DNA of 64,000 nucleotides from Desulfobacterales bacterium (GTDB lineage Bacteria; Desulfobacterota; Desulfobacteria; Desulfobacterales; UBA5852), in NCBI GenBank assembly GCA_963674755.2, contig CAXXVS010000002.1, positions 1,728,001 to 1,792,000 of the forward strand, in the 5' to 3' direction. How positions within the stretch are numbered: the first letter of the stretch is position 1; every line of letters starts with the position of its first letter. The position numbers were made by a program, and so were the translations under genes. The notes under the pieces are model-generated. The model was not told the DNA's origin. It did not search any database and saw only the letters and a program-made list of their open reading frames with translations. Shown piece after piece: positions 39,141 to 49,311 of the stretch.

Positions 39141-39196
39141 ACGCTGCGTCCCGCCCCGCATTCGTGATGCATTCACCGAATGCGGCTGAATTCAAC

Positions 39197-39217
39197 GGGG
39201 CCGGCCCTGCCGGCCCC
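39197..39217 (+). terminator. GC-rich hairpin
   Basis: ggggccggc-cct-gccggcccc; weak U-tail. Confidence 0.4.
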
Positions 39218-39267
39218 TGTCATTTGATCCCCTGCTCCATCGCCCCTACCCCTATAAGGAGGCGCCT

Positions 39268-39729
39268 ATGAGTGACATCATCCACCAGTCCGAAATCACC
39301 ATAACCCGGGTCAAGGGACCTACCCGCAAAGCTGTCATCAAGGGGTTTGATCAGCCGGTCTATTACGGTGTCCACGGCGGCATCAAAGGCTTCTACAAGG
39401 TCGATCCCGAGGAGGAGCATGCCGCCACGCTGGATCACGTGGTGGGCGCCGTGGGCGGCTGAATGATGGGCACATTTGCCGCGGTGCTGGCAAAAAAACG
39501 CATTCCCACCCCTGCCGATCGTTTCCAAGCCGATGTCAAGGGCGAGATCGAAGCCGTCGGCGGCGTCCTCAAAATTACGCGGATCAACGTCCACTACACG
39601 CTGAAAACGCCGTCCGACAAACATGGCGATGCCCGCACGTGCTTCGAGACCTACCTGCCGGGCTGCCCGGCGGCCCAGAGTGTCATCGGCTGCATCGACA
39701 TCAGGCATACCCTGGATCTAAGCCAATAA
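39268..39729 (+). CDS. OsmC/Ohr-family selenoprotein (in-frame UGA 39460-39462)
   Basis: Two abutting same-frame ORFs; UGA sits at the first catalytic Cys position (GAVGG-U-MMGT); second Cys in GCPAA; hairpin 3' of the UGA. Confidence 0.85.
39475..39494 (+). promoter_or_regulatory. putative bacterial SECIS element
   Basis: tttgcc-gc-ggt-gc-t-ggcaaa stem with a GGU apical loop 21-23 nt after the UGA. Confidence 0.7.
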
Positions 39730-39751
39730 TATCAAGCAAAGGGAGGTTCTT

Positions 39752-40741
39752 TTGCCCCGAATTGTCCGCTTTCATGAAACCGGCGAAGCCGATGTCCTCA
39801 AGATAGAGGAAAGAGCGCCGGAGGAACCCGGCCAGGGGGAAGTTCGCCTTAAGGTGGAAGCCTTCGGCCTCAACCGGGCCGAAGTGCTGTTTCGCCAGGG
39901 CCTCTATCTCGAAGCACCGGAACTGCCCTCCCGGATCGGCTATGAAGCCACCGGCGTGGTGGATGCCGTCGGGCCCGGGGTGGACGATATCAAGGTCGGC
40001 GATCGGGTCAGCACGATTCCCTCCTTTTCCATGCGGCAATACGGCGTCTACGGCGAAAGCGCCGTGGTGCCGGCCTTCGCTGCCGCCCCCTACCCGGCCC
40101 ATCTGTCGCCAACGGAGGCGGCCGCCATCTGGATGCCCTACATGACCGCCTACGGCGCCCTGATCGCGCTGGGCAAATTGCAGCCGGAGCAGGTGGCCTT
40201 GATTACGGCCGCCAGCAGCAGCGTGGGACTGGCCGCCATCCAGATCGCCAAATCCGTCGGCGCAGTGGCGGTGGCCACCACCCGGGGATCGGACAAGAAG
40301 CCGTTTCTGCTGGAGGCCGGTGCCGATCATGTGATCGTGACCGACCAGGAAGACATGGCCGCGCAGATGAAAGGCCTCGGCTCCGGCAAAGGCGCTAATC
40401 TGGTGTTCGATCCCGTGGCCGGTCCCTTTTTGGAAAAGCTGGCCCAAGCGGCGGCCCCCGGCGCCACCATCTTCGAATACGGCTCCCTCTCCATGGCACC
40501 AACGCCCTATCCCCTGTTCGACGCCCTGGGCAAGGGGTTGAGCGTGCGGGGTTATGTGCTGTTTGAAATCGTACAGAGTCCTGAACTGCTGGCCGCGGGC
40601 AAGCAGTTCGTCACCGCAGGGCTGACCTCCGGCGCCCTCCACCCCACCGTGGACCGCACTTTCCCTCTGGAGGAGATCGTCGAGGCCCACCGTTACATGG
40701 AGTCCAACCGGCAGAAGGGCAAAATAGTTGTGACCGTATAA
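39752..40741 (+). CDS. NADPH:quinone oxidoreductase-like MDR family protein
   Basis: GLNRAE, GYEATG, AASSSVG, EAHRYMESNRQKGKIVV; TTG start after GGAGG. Confidence 0.92.
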   Translation: MPRIVRFHETGEADVLKIEERAPEEPGQGEVRLKVEAFGLNRAEVLFRQGLYLEAPELPSRIGYEATGVVDAVGPGVDDIKVGDRVSTIPSFSMRQYGVYGESAVVPAFAAAPYPAHLSPTEAAAIWMPYMTAYGALIALGKLQPEQVALITAASSSVGLAAIQIAKSVGAVAVATTRGSDKKPFLLEAGADHVIVTDQEDMAAQMKGLGSGKGANLVFDPVAGPFLEKLAQAAAPGATIFEYGSLSMAPTPYPLFDALGKGLSVRGYVLFEIVQSPELLAAGKQFVTAGLTSGALHPTVDRTFPLEEIVEAHRYMESNRQKGKIVVTV

Positions 40742-40793
40742 TTGCCATTAGGTAAACCCCCGGCTATGCCGGGGGTTTACCTAATGGCAATTA
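40739..40793. repeat. perfect 26-bp inverted repeat with 3-nt loop
   Basis: taattgccattaggtaaacccccggc-tat-gccgggggtttacctaatggcaatta. Confidence 0.95.
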
Positions 40794-40810
40794 GAACATG
40801 CGGGGCGCTA

Positions 40811-41764
40811 CTAAAGTGAAAAATCAAGACATATTTTCCCAACTGTGCGCTTGGTCTCAATATGCCGGTGTGCATCCGATGCTTGGTTTGCAGGATACTT
40901 TTGTTCGAGGTGCGGTATTATCAAACCGCTTTCGATCCATTCCTTTATTTGTCTCAAATCTTCTGATTGAGAACTAACAAATACAAATCTGCTTGTTTTG
41001 GTGATACCAAGTCGCGCCATAGTTTCCGCCAAAATAGTTGCTCGTTTAGGGACTGTACTCACATAGATTCCACTTTTCCCTAGTTGCCTGACAAATGCAG
41101 ACCTGGTAAATTTGCCAAAAACATCAAATACTGAGTCGAAAGAAAGATCGATATCAGTTGCAAGGCGATCTGCATAACTGTAAGTGCTATCGGCACCAAG
41201 TGACTCGACGAATTCAACATTTTTAGGACCGCAAACTGCGTGTACTTCAGCCCCCATGATTTTGGCAATTTGAACAGCAAAATGCCCAACACCACCGCTG
41301 GAACCATTTATAAGCACTTTATGTCCTGTCTTAACTTTGCAGCAATCTCTGAGGGCCTGCAAGGCTGTTTGAGCCGCCAATGGAACACAAGATGCTTCCT
41401 GAATTGAAATATTAGAAGGAGCGTAAAAAAATTCGGTTTGATTCAGCTTCGCAATCTCGGCATGAACCCCGCCAGCAAAGTTGTTTGTCATTCCAAATAT
41501 CAAATCGCCAACAGAAAAGTCATTAACATCTGAGCCAGTAGCAATGATTTCTCCTGCTATATCCAACCCAGAGGCTCGAGGTAAAGGATCTCTGGCTAAA
41601 GTTTTGCTGAACTTACCTTTCCGAAGAAGCGCGTCTTTAGGGTTGACGCCCCCGGCAATTGCCTTGATCAAAACGCTCCGAGCCGACAGTTCTGGGTCTG
41701 GCCAATTATCCGTCCATTCCAATTCATCGGGAGAGCCGAATCTTCTATAGATAAGTGCCTTCAT
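40811..41764 (-). CDS. NAD(P)-dependent MDR oxidoreductase (lower GC)
   Basis: GVNPKD, GLDIAG, INGSSGGVGHFAVQIAK, GKICL. Confidence 0.9.
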   Translation of the reverse strand: MKALIYRRFGSPDELEWTDNWPDPELSARSVLIKAIAGGVNPKDALLRKGKFSKTLARDPLPRASGLDIAGEIIATGSDVNDFSVGDLIFGMTNNFAGGVHAEIAKLNQTEFFYAPSNISIQEASCVPLAAQTALQALRDCCKVKTGHKVLINGSSGGVGHFAVQIAKIMGAEVHAVCGPKNVEFVESLGADSTYSYADRLATDIDLSFDSVFDVFGKFTRSAFVRQLGKSGIYVSTVPKRATILAETMARLGITKTSRFVFVSSQSEDLRQIKEWIESGLIIPHLEQKYPANQASDAHRHIETKRTVGKICLDFSL

Positions 41765-42270
41765 AAAATGATTTCCTTTTTACTTTTTGGAGCTATGTGA
41801 AAGATCGGAAAGCCTTACCTGATACGTTTAGCAGATAACCCCATTAAAACGAACTTGCTAAAACCTGCGATTACGGATTCATAGCTGTTGATCTGTAATT
41901 TTCAATTGATTAGAAAACTCGCAGATTGAGATAATCCCACGAAAACCGTGCCGCTCAAAACCTTTGATTACGTGCCAGTCACCCAGCGTGCCCAAATCAT
42001 ATAGCGCTGCTGAATATGCTCCGGCAATTCAAAATGCCAGCGCCTGATCCATCATACGGATCGGCCACCTCAAAAGTTCGACGCCCCGATAAATGCAACA
42101 CATAGCAGAAAGAACGATGTTGGCAGTTTTTCAGACTCGTTGGTAGTATATATGTTGCTGAACGAAACGGTGACTGAAACCATCTTTCTTTCGATATTTA
42201 TTACAACCTTGACCATCGCCTGTCTTCATTTCAAATATTGCTGCGAGGCGTGACCTTTTAAGAAGGGCGG

Positions 42271-43935
42271 TTATTTGGTTGACTCTCTCTCCCGCAATTC
42301 CCGTCGTAAAAATTTCCCGATAGCGGTTTTAGGCAATTCATCTATGAATTCAATGCGCTTGGGGACTTTGTAGACCGCAAGCTTTGTACGGCAATATTCG
42401 ATCAATTCGTCCTCGCTTATGGTTTCGCCTTGCTTGCAAACCACAAAAGCCTTTACCGTCTCACCGCGATATTCATCGGGCACGCCAATGGTGCAAGCCT
42501 CCAGAACTATGGGATGTTCAAATAGAATGTCATCGATTTCATTGGGATAAATATTGAATCCACTTGCAATGATCATATCTTTTTTGCGATCGATTAAGGT
42601 TAAAAAGCCGTCTTCGTCGACATAGCCAATATCACCGGTATATAGCCAACCGTCTTTAAGGACGGCAGCCGTTTCTTCGGGCCGGTTGTAATAGCCTTGC
42701 ATGACCTGAGGCCCCTTAAAAGCAACTTCCCCGGGTTCACCTACAGGCATTTCGGTGGTGCCATCCTCAAGGTTCACAATTCGCATGTCCGTGCCCGGCA
42801 GCGGCACGCCGACCGTACCGGTCCTATTTAAGGCCGTCGATGGTGTCGCCGTGGCCATCGGTGAAGTTTCCGTGAGCCCGTAAATGTTGGTGATCCCCTT
42901 GCCCGTCAAGGCCTTCAGATCCTTGATCGTTTCCTTGGCCAGTGGTGCGGCACCTGCCACGAAAAGTTTGATTTTGCTGTGGTCCATCTGCCTGAATGCC
43001 GGCGTGTTAAGCAAGCCGGTATAAATCGTTGGGACGCCGGGAACGAACTCCGGCTTGGCCTTTTTCATGATGTCGATAATTACCTTGGGTTCCGGTCTCG
43101 GAACAAGGACATCGGTAAATCCACAAAAGGCACACATGTTTTGTATGCCCGTAAAGCCCGCCGAATGGAAAAAGGGGAACACCGCGAGTATGCTGCTTCT
43201 ACCTTCTTCTAATTGGGAAAACCACATTTTAGACTGCTGGACATTTACCGACAGGTTGGCGTGGGTCAACATGACACCCTTGCTGACACCGGTCGTTCCT
43301 CCAGTGTATAGCAGCGCTGCAAGACTTTCCCAATGGGCTTTGTCTTCTGTTTCCTCCCCACGTGCATCTTTGATAATATCGACAAATTGATAAAGATGGT
43401 CTCTGGGCGTTATCGCACGGTACATGTCTTTCTTTACCAGAGGAACAAGCAAATTTTTAGGAAACGGCAGGTAGTCGTTGATATGGCAGACAATCACCTC
43501 ACGGATGGATGTTTGCGGCACAACCTTATCCAAACGTGGCAAGAGAAGGTCCAGCGCAATCAGAACAGTTGCCGACGAGTCGTTTAATTGATGGCGTAGT
43601 TCTCTTTCCGTATAAAGAGGATTGGCCGGAGACGTCACCGCGCCAAGGCGCCATATCGCAAAATTAGCGATCACGACTTGCGGGATATTAGGGAGTAGCA
43701 ACGCAACCCTATCACCTGGAACAACACCAAGGCTTTTCAGACCCAGGGCGAATCGCCCGACAAGCCGATTCAGGTCCTGATAGGCTATCCTTTTCCCAAA
43801 AAATTCAAGCGCTGTGGACTTTGAAAAGTCAGCAGCGGTTTGCTTGAGGGCTTGCGATAGGGTTATTTTTTCAAACTCAGGCCAGAAAGCCACACCTTCG
43901 GGGTAATGATCATGCCATGGCCGCTTCGGTTCCAT
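42271..43935 (-). CDS. long-chain-fatty-acid--CoA ligase
   Basis: YTGGTTGVSKG, YGLTE, TGDIG, DRKKDMI, LPKTAIGK. Confidence 0.95.
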   Translation of the reverse strand: MEPKRPWHDHYPEGVAFWPEFEKITLSQALKQTAADFSKSTALEFFGKRIAYQDLNRLVGRFALGLKSLGVVPGDRVALLLPNIPQVVIANFAIWRLGAVTSPANPLYTERELRHQLNDSSATVLIALDLLLPRLDKVVPQTSIREVIVCHINDYLPFPKNLLVPLVKKDMYRAITPRDHLYQFVDIIKDARGEETEDKAHWESLAALLYTGGTTGVSKGVMLTHANLSVNVQQSKMWFSQLEEGRSSILAVFPFFHSAGFTGIQNMCAFCGFTDVLVPRPEPKVIIDIMKKAKPEFVPGVPTIYTGLLNTPAFRQMDHSKIKLFVAGAAPLAKETIKDLKALTGKGITNIYGLTETSPMATATPSTALNRTGTVGVPLPGTDMRIVNLEDGTTEMPVGEPGEVAFKGPQVMQGYYNRPEETAAVLKDGWLYTGDIGYVDEDGFLTLIDRKKDMIIASGFNIYPNEIDDILFEHPIVLEACTIGVPDEYRGETVKAFVVCKQGETISEDELIEYCRTKLAVYKVPKRIEFIDELPKTAIGKFLRRELRERESTK

Positions 43936-44636
43936 AGGTCCCTCCTTCGCTAACGGTTCATAGGAAATAAATAGAATGAATTCGGCCATTGAAAGCACAT
44001 CAAGAAGACGGTAAGTAATTCCGCATCGAAAAAATTAGCCGTTTCTCTGTGGCGAGCTGCTATTTAGTCCATTATTTTTACAATCCCATTCCTCACCTCC
44101 ATTTATTGAAAGTTTGACGGCAATTCATCCATTTTGAAAAATTAATGCAAGTATCCTGGATAAACTGAGAATCAATGAAGGATAGAAAGAGGCGAAATGG
44201 ACTTAGTGTGTGGAGGGCAGATTGGAGGAGTTTCGGTCATCGTCGGAAAAGAGGAGCAAGAACCGAGAGCTACGGTAGGGTTCTGAACACTATCTCCAAA
44301 TAATAAAGGTCATCTATATTTGTCAAGATATTCCTGGAGTTAGGTTGGTAGCTCCAAAAAAGTCTAAGTTGTGATTAACTGATATTAATGAGAAAATCAC
44401 AAGTGGCGATTTGTCGATGATTTTCCAGATTACGTGCCACCATACGTAACACTTAAAAATTCTGTGACACGTCAATACATTGTGGTTCCAATGAGGGCCC
44501 GCAGGGTAGTTGGTAGCTTGGAAAAACGGGTTGGCGGGTTGACCTAAAAGGTCACTTACAATCTGCTGGCACCCGATCTTTTCTGATCCGACCGGAAAGG
44601 AAGAAGAAATATCCTTCCCGGCCGGTGCTTTGCTTT

Positions 44637-46523
44637 TTAGGAGACGCTCCTCGCCTCCAACCCCAACGCCTTGCGCTTCTTCTCGATATGCTTCCGCAGA
44701 AACACGGCCGCCTTTTCCGGATCCGGCTCTACCGCGAAGGTGGCCCCCACGACCCCCTCCAGCCCCTCGGTGAGCAGCTTCACCACGTTCATGCTGCCCG
44801 TGATGGGCGGCATGGGGCCCAGGTGGGTGGTGATGCCCGAGGCCACACAGTAGACGCCGATGGTAACCGCCTTTTCCGAATACCATTCCGGGGCCGAACC
44901 GGCCACGGGCAGATCACTGATATCGACCCCCAGGGCATTGGCCAGGGCCGAGACCAGCACCAGAATGCGCACGTTGTCCACGCAGCTGCCCAGGTGCAGG
45001 ACCGGTGGGATCCCCAGGGAACCGCACACTTCCTTGAGCCCCGGACCGGCCATCTCGATGGCTCCGGGGACCTTGAAGCCGGCCTTGGCGTTGGCCACGG
45101 ACACGCAGCCGGTGTCCACCACCAGGATATCGTTTTCGATGAGGCGTTTGGTGAGGGTGACATGGCCGTAGTCGTGCTTGATCTTGGGGTTGTTGCACCC
45201 CACGATGCCCACGGCGCCACGGATCTTGCCGGCCTTGATGGCTTCGATCAACGGCTGCGGGGTGCCCCCCAAAGCCCCTACGATAGTTTCGATGGAAAAG
45301 CCCCCCACCGCCGCCTGGGGTTCCACCGGGATGTAGACCGATTTACGATTGGGGAAATTCGCGATGGCCGTCTTGACCAGGTCGAAGGCCTTTTCCTTGG
45401 CATTGTCGGGATGGAACTCATGGTGCTCCATCCCCGGAAAACGCGCCTTGTCGCTGGTGCTGATCATCCTGGTGTGGTAGCTCTCGGCCACCTTGCCGAG
45501 AGAAGGCATGATGCACTGGTAGTCCACGATCATCATGTCCACGGCGCCGGTGGACAGGATCAGCTCGGTCATGAGATGGTTGCCCGCCATGGCGATGCCC
45601 CGCCGCATGAGCAGCTCGTTGCCGGTGCAGCAGACCCCAGCCAGATTGATTCCGGCGGCCCCCTTGGCTTTGGCCAGATCGAGCATCTCCGGAGAAATGC
45701 AGGCCAGGGAGATCATCTCCGAGACCACCGGGTTATGGCCGTGCACCACGATGTTGACCTGGTCCTTTTTCAAGACCCCGGCGTTGACCATGGTGGGTTT
45801 GGGGGCCGGCACCCCGAAGAGGATGTCCGACACCTCGGTGGCGATCATGGATCCGCCCCAGCCGTCGGACAGGGCGTTGCGCAGGGCCTGCACCAGCAGG
45901 CTCTGCCAGCCGTTGTCCACGCCCATGTGGGTGCGGTGCATCATCTCCGAGGTTTCGCGGTCGATGCCCCGGGGCATGATGCCCACCTTCTCCCACAGGG
46001 CCTGGCGTTGGGCCGGCGCCCGGCTGGCCAGGGTGATCTTCTTCCGGCGCATGCCGTAGTCTTCCATCATGGCCTGGGCCAGGTCGCCGGCAATGGCCAA
46101 TATGTCGCGCTCGGCCACAGCCACGCCGTATTCTTCGGCCAGTCGTTTCAGTTTGGCTTCATCGCGGATCTTGTAGCCGGGCGCCTTGCCGGCCGCCACG
46201 TTCTCCAGCACCTCCACCAGGTCCCGGCCGTGGTCGGAATGGGAGGCCGCCCCGGCCGCCACCATGCGGCACAGGTTGCGCGCCACGATAATATCCGCAT
46301 CGGCGCCGCAGACCCCGGTCTGGGGGCCTTCACCGAAGGGGTCCACCCGGCAGGGGCCCATATTGCAGACCCGGCAGCTCAGCCCCATGTCGCAGAACCC
46401 GCATTGGGGCTGCTGGGCCGCGTGCCGGTCCCATACGGTTTCGATATGATCCTTCTGGGCCTTCTCCAATAGCAGCAGGCCATCTTCGGTGACGGATACC
46501 TTTCCCTTGGGATCAGACATCAT
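44637..46523 (-). CDS. cooS: anaerobic Ni-dependent carbon monoxide dehydrogenase catalytic subunit
   Basis: CRVCNMGPC..VCG B-cluster; ASHSDH; C-cluster ligands HGHNP, CCTG, DYQC, GCNN, TGC, GSCVD. Confidence 0.96.
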   Translation of the reverse strand: MMSDPKGKVSVTEDGLLLLEKAQKDHIETVWDRHAAQQPQCGFCDMGLSCRVCNMGPCRVDPFGEGPQTGVCGADADIIVARNLCRMVAAGAASHSDHGRDLVEVLENVAAGKAPGYKIRDEAKLKRLAEEYGVAVAERDILAIAGDLAQAMMEDYGMRRKKITLASRAPAQRQALWEKVGIMPRGIDRETSEMMHRTHMGVDNGWQSLLVQALRNALSDGWGGSMIATEVSDILFGVPAPKPTMVNAGVLKKDQVNIVVHGHNPVVSEMISLACISPEMLDLAKAKGAAGINLAGVCCTGNELLMRRGIAMAGNHLMTELILSTGAVDMMIVDYQCIMPSLGKVAESYHTRMISTSDKARFPGMEHHEFHPDNAKEKAFDLVKTAIANFPNRKSVYIPVEPQAAVGGFSIETIVGALGGTPQPLIEAIKAGKIRGAVGIVGCNNPKIKHDYGHVTLTKRLIENDILVVDTGCVSVANAKAGFKVPGAIEMAGPGLKEVCGSLGIPPVLHLGSCVDNVRILVLVSALANALGVDISDLPVAGSAPEWYSEKAVTIGVYCVASGITTHLGPMPPITGSMNVVKLLTEGLEGVVGATFAVEPDPEKAAVFLRKHIEKKRKALGLEARSVS

Positions 46524-46604
46524 AACCTCCTCTTTGTTGAACATCCGCTTCCCTTCGTTGGAAGCCGTTGTGGAAAATTTTGTCGAGGGTCATCGTGATG
46601 GCCG

Positions 46605-47204
46605 CTATTCGGTGCCCACCGCCAGCTGCGATTGCTTGGCCGCCCGGATCAAGGCCACCCCATCCGGCAGCGTGGCCTCGCCGGCGCCCGCCGACATGCA
46701 CCGGGCCACTTGGCGGGTTTTGGCTTTCATCACCTCGGAAATCTCTTCATAGACCAGGGCCCCTGTTTTACACACCTCCACGCAGGCCGGCACCAGCCCC
46801 TGGGATACCCGGGAGCCGCAGTTGTCGCATTTCACCGCCACCGTCTGGCCCGGCGGGGCAAAGGGGTCTTCGTGGAACCGGATCACCCCGTAGGGGCAGG
46901 CCATGGCACAGGAGGCGCAGTTGATGCAGCGCTCCGGGTTGATGAGCACGGTGGCCGTCGCCGCATCCCTTGAAATCGCGCCGGTCAGGCAAGCCAGCTG
47001 GCAGGGGGCCGGGTCACAGTGGCGGCAGCGGTTGGGAAACCCCTCGTTGAATCGCCCGGCTCCCACGTGTACCCGCGCGCCGGGCCGGGGCGTCTCCTGC
47101 ACGGCCGTGAACAGTTGCAGCGTCTTGGAATGGGCGGTGGCGCAGGCCAACATGCACTGCATGCAGCCCACGCATTTCTCAGGATTGACAACAACTTGTT
47201 TCAT
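46605..47204 (-). CDS. cooF: CooF-type 4Fe-4S electron transfer protein
   Basis: CVGCMQCMLAC, CRHC..PC..AC, CINCASCAMACP, KCDNC..PACVEVC; adjacent to cooS. Confidence 0.92.
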   Translation of the reverse strand: MKQVVVNPEKCVGCMQCMLACATAHSKTLQLFTAVQETPRPGARVHVGAGRFNEGFPNRCRHCDPAPCQLACLTGAISRDAATATVLINPERCINCASCAMACPYGVIRFHEDPFAPPGQTVAVKCDNCGSRVSQGLVPACVEVCKTGALVYEEISEVMKAKTRQVARCMSAGAGEATLPDGVALIRAAKQSQLAVGTE

Positions 47205-47285
47205 AGCGCCTCCTTTACGTCTGCCCAGCGAATAGCGTTGTTGGATTGACTTTCGGGGAGTTGGGCTTCTCGCTTCCAGTCGGTC

Positions 47286-48515
47286 TCAGTGTAGCAGTTT
47301 GCTGAAATTGAACCCCGTCGCCATCAGGACACCGTCGGGCACCCGGATGGGCACACGGTTTTCAATCAGGGCACGCAGCACGCCGCCCTGCTCGATGCGG
47401 TTGATCAGCACGGCTCCCACCAGAATGTCCCCGCGAAATACCAGGCGACGGTAGTAGCCTTGGTCTTTGCCGCCGGACTGCACTGTGCGTAGGCCCTCCC
47501 CCGTGTCAGGATTGGCATAGCCCAAGGTCATCACGTCCAGGCCATAGACCCGCATCACGTTGCGGCTCAGGCTGCCCGGATAGCGGACCCGGCGGCCGGC
47601 CATGTTCTGTCCGGCAATCCGCCCCTGGACGGCCGCTTCCGGCCAGATGGCATTGACCCAGCGCTTCTGCCGGGCGATATCCACCGCCTCGGCGGTATCC
47701 CCGGCGGCGTAAATCCCGGGTGCGCTCGACTGGAGACAATCGTCCACCACAATGCCCAGATCCACTGCCACGCGCTCCCTGGGCACGAAGTCCAGGGAGG
47801 GCAGAACGCCTTTGCCGATCACCACCAGATCGCAGGTCAGCCGCTCGCCGTTGTCCAACACGGCATGGGTCACACGGCCGTTGCCTTCGAACCCGGCGGC
47901 GCTCACCCCCACCCGGACGGACAGGCCGTTGGCTTCCAGCTCTTCCTGGATGATGCGCCCGGCGGTGGCATCCACCTGCATGGCAAGGGGGTAGCCCGAG
48001 GTGATCAGCATGGTCACCGGCAAGCCCTGTTTGAGCAAACCGTAGGCGGCTTTGAACCCCACCAGGCCGCCGCCCAGGACCAGGGCCTGCCGGACGCCGC
48101 CGACGGCCGCCAACTGGCGGCGCACATCGCTTTCCGTGCGCATATAGAAGATATTGTCCAGCGCGCTGCCCGGCGCCTTCAAGCGGCGCGCATCCGCTCC
48201 CGAAGCGATCAAGAGGCGGTCATAGTCCAGTTGGCGGCCGTCGGCCAGCCGGACCGCGCGGGCATCCACGTCCAGGGCGACGGCGCGTGCCCCCAGGACC
48301 GGCGTCACCTGCAGCGTCTGGTAGATGTCTTCGCCATACAGGGGCAGTTTGGCATGGGGTTGGGATCCGTCCAGGACCTGGCAGATCATGGGGCGGCTGT
48401 AAGGCGGAAAGCGTTCGTCGCTCACCATGGCGATCTCGGCCGTACCGTCCAGCTCACGAATGGCCCGGGCCGCGTTGAGGCCTGCAATGCCGTTGCCGAT
48501 AATCAGGTGTTTCAT
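47286..48515 (-). CDS. FAD-dependent NAD(P) oxidoreductase (FNOR)
   Basis: IIGNGIAG, PYSRP, LLIASG, VLGGGLVG, IYAAGD. Confidence 0.92.
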   Translation of the reverse strand: MKHLIIGNGIAGLNAARAIRELDGTAEIAMVSDERFPPYSRPMICQVLDGSQPHAKLPLYGEDIYQTLQVTPVLGARAVALDVDARAVRLADGRQLDYDRLLIASGADARRLKAPGSALDNIFYMRTESDVRRQLAAVGGVRQALVLGGGLVGFKAAYGLLKQGLPVTMLITSGYPLAMQVDATAGRIIQEELEANGLSVRVGVSAAGFEGNGRVTHAVLDNGERLTCDLVVIGKGVLPSLDFVPRERVAVDLGIVVDDCLQSSAPGIYAAGDTAEAVDIARQKRWVNAIWPEAAVQGRIAGQNMAGRRVRYPGSLSRNVMRVYGLDVMTLGYANPDTGEGLRTVQSGGKDQGYYRRLVFRGDILVGAVLINRIEQGGVLRALIENRVPIRVPDGVLMATGFNFSKLLH

Positions 48516-48999
48516 GCCACCTCCCTTTGGTTACGGCAGGACGCATTAGGGTATTGGCACGCATCCCATCGGCGCGCGCCGCGCGTCATGCGACCGCACG
48601 AACAGAATTCGCAGAAGAATACGAACATCAACGGCAGGCCATCGCAACGGGCCGCGCGGCAGATGGTATCCACTGGCAACACGCATACGCCGGGAAGCCC
48701 TCCGGATGCGGTATGACAGACAATTCAGCGTGAGGCAGATGATGTGCTGGAAGAGAGGAGCAATACCGCTTTCCGATGTCGTATTTCGTGTAAACACCTA
48801 TGTGCCACGGAGGGAGGCCGGCGGCCGGGTGGATCTCAATGGATGGGCCGTCATCGACGCCTCGCCCCCGTCGGGTCGACAGGCAAATGAACGCTTCAGG
48901 CAACGCTCCCGTCGAAGCGGGAAGTAAATCAAGGTTCCAGGATGGATTCAGACGTATTTTACGCTTTTGGCAGCCCGTGTCAATCGGCGATCATACCGA

Positions 49000-49311
49000 T
49001 CAACGGAACTTGGCCTTCCAGGCTTTCATCTTCTCGGGAGGCCAGGCCACGCAAAAAGCCGGGCGCCCCTTCATGACCATGTGCATGCAGGCCTCCCCGC
49101 ATTTCGGATCACAGGCAATGACCGCGTCCTCCCGCCCCTCCCTGATCTTGCGCGGCCATTCCGGGTCCGCCCACAGCCCCCGGGCCAGGCCGATCAGGTC
49201 GGCTTGCCCCGCGGTCAGCGCCCTTTCGGCCACCGGGGCATGCCCCAGCCGTCCGGCGGCGATCACCGGCACATCCACCACTTGCATTTCGGAAAAGAGA
49301 TGCGGATACAT
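49000..49311 (-). pseudogene. NADH:flavin oxidoreductase (OYE family) with large in-frame internal deletion
   Basis: GGAGG then MYPHLFSEMQV joined directly to the C-terminal VPVIAAGRL..ADLIGLARGLWADPEWP..C..C..C. Confidence 0.8.

Noticed and set aside
1145..46472. Long antisense ORFs in the track (e.g. 1145-3448, 9965-11722, 36808-38145, 44625-46472)
   Set aside because: Shadows of GC-rich genes on the other strand, with no family motifs
48520..48990. CooA/FNR box or sigma-54 promoter upstream of the CODH cluster
   Set aside because: No convincing palindrome, and the TGGCAC candidates lack a correctly spaced GC
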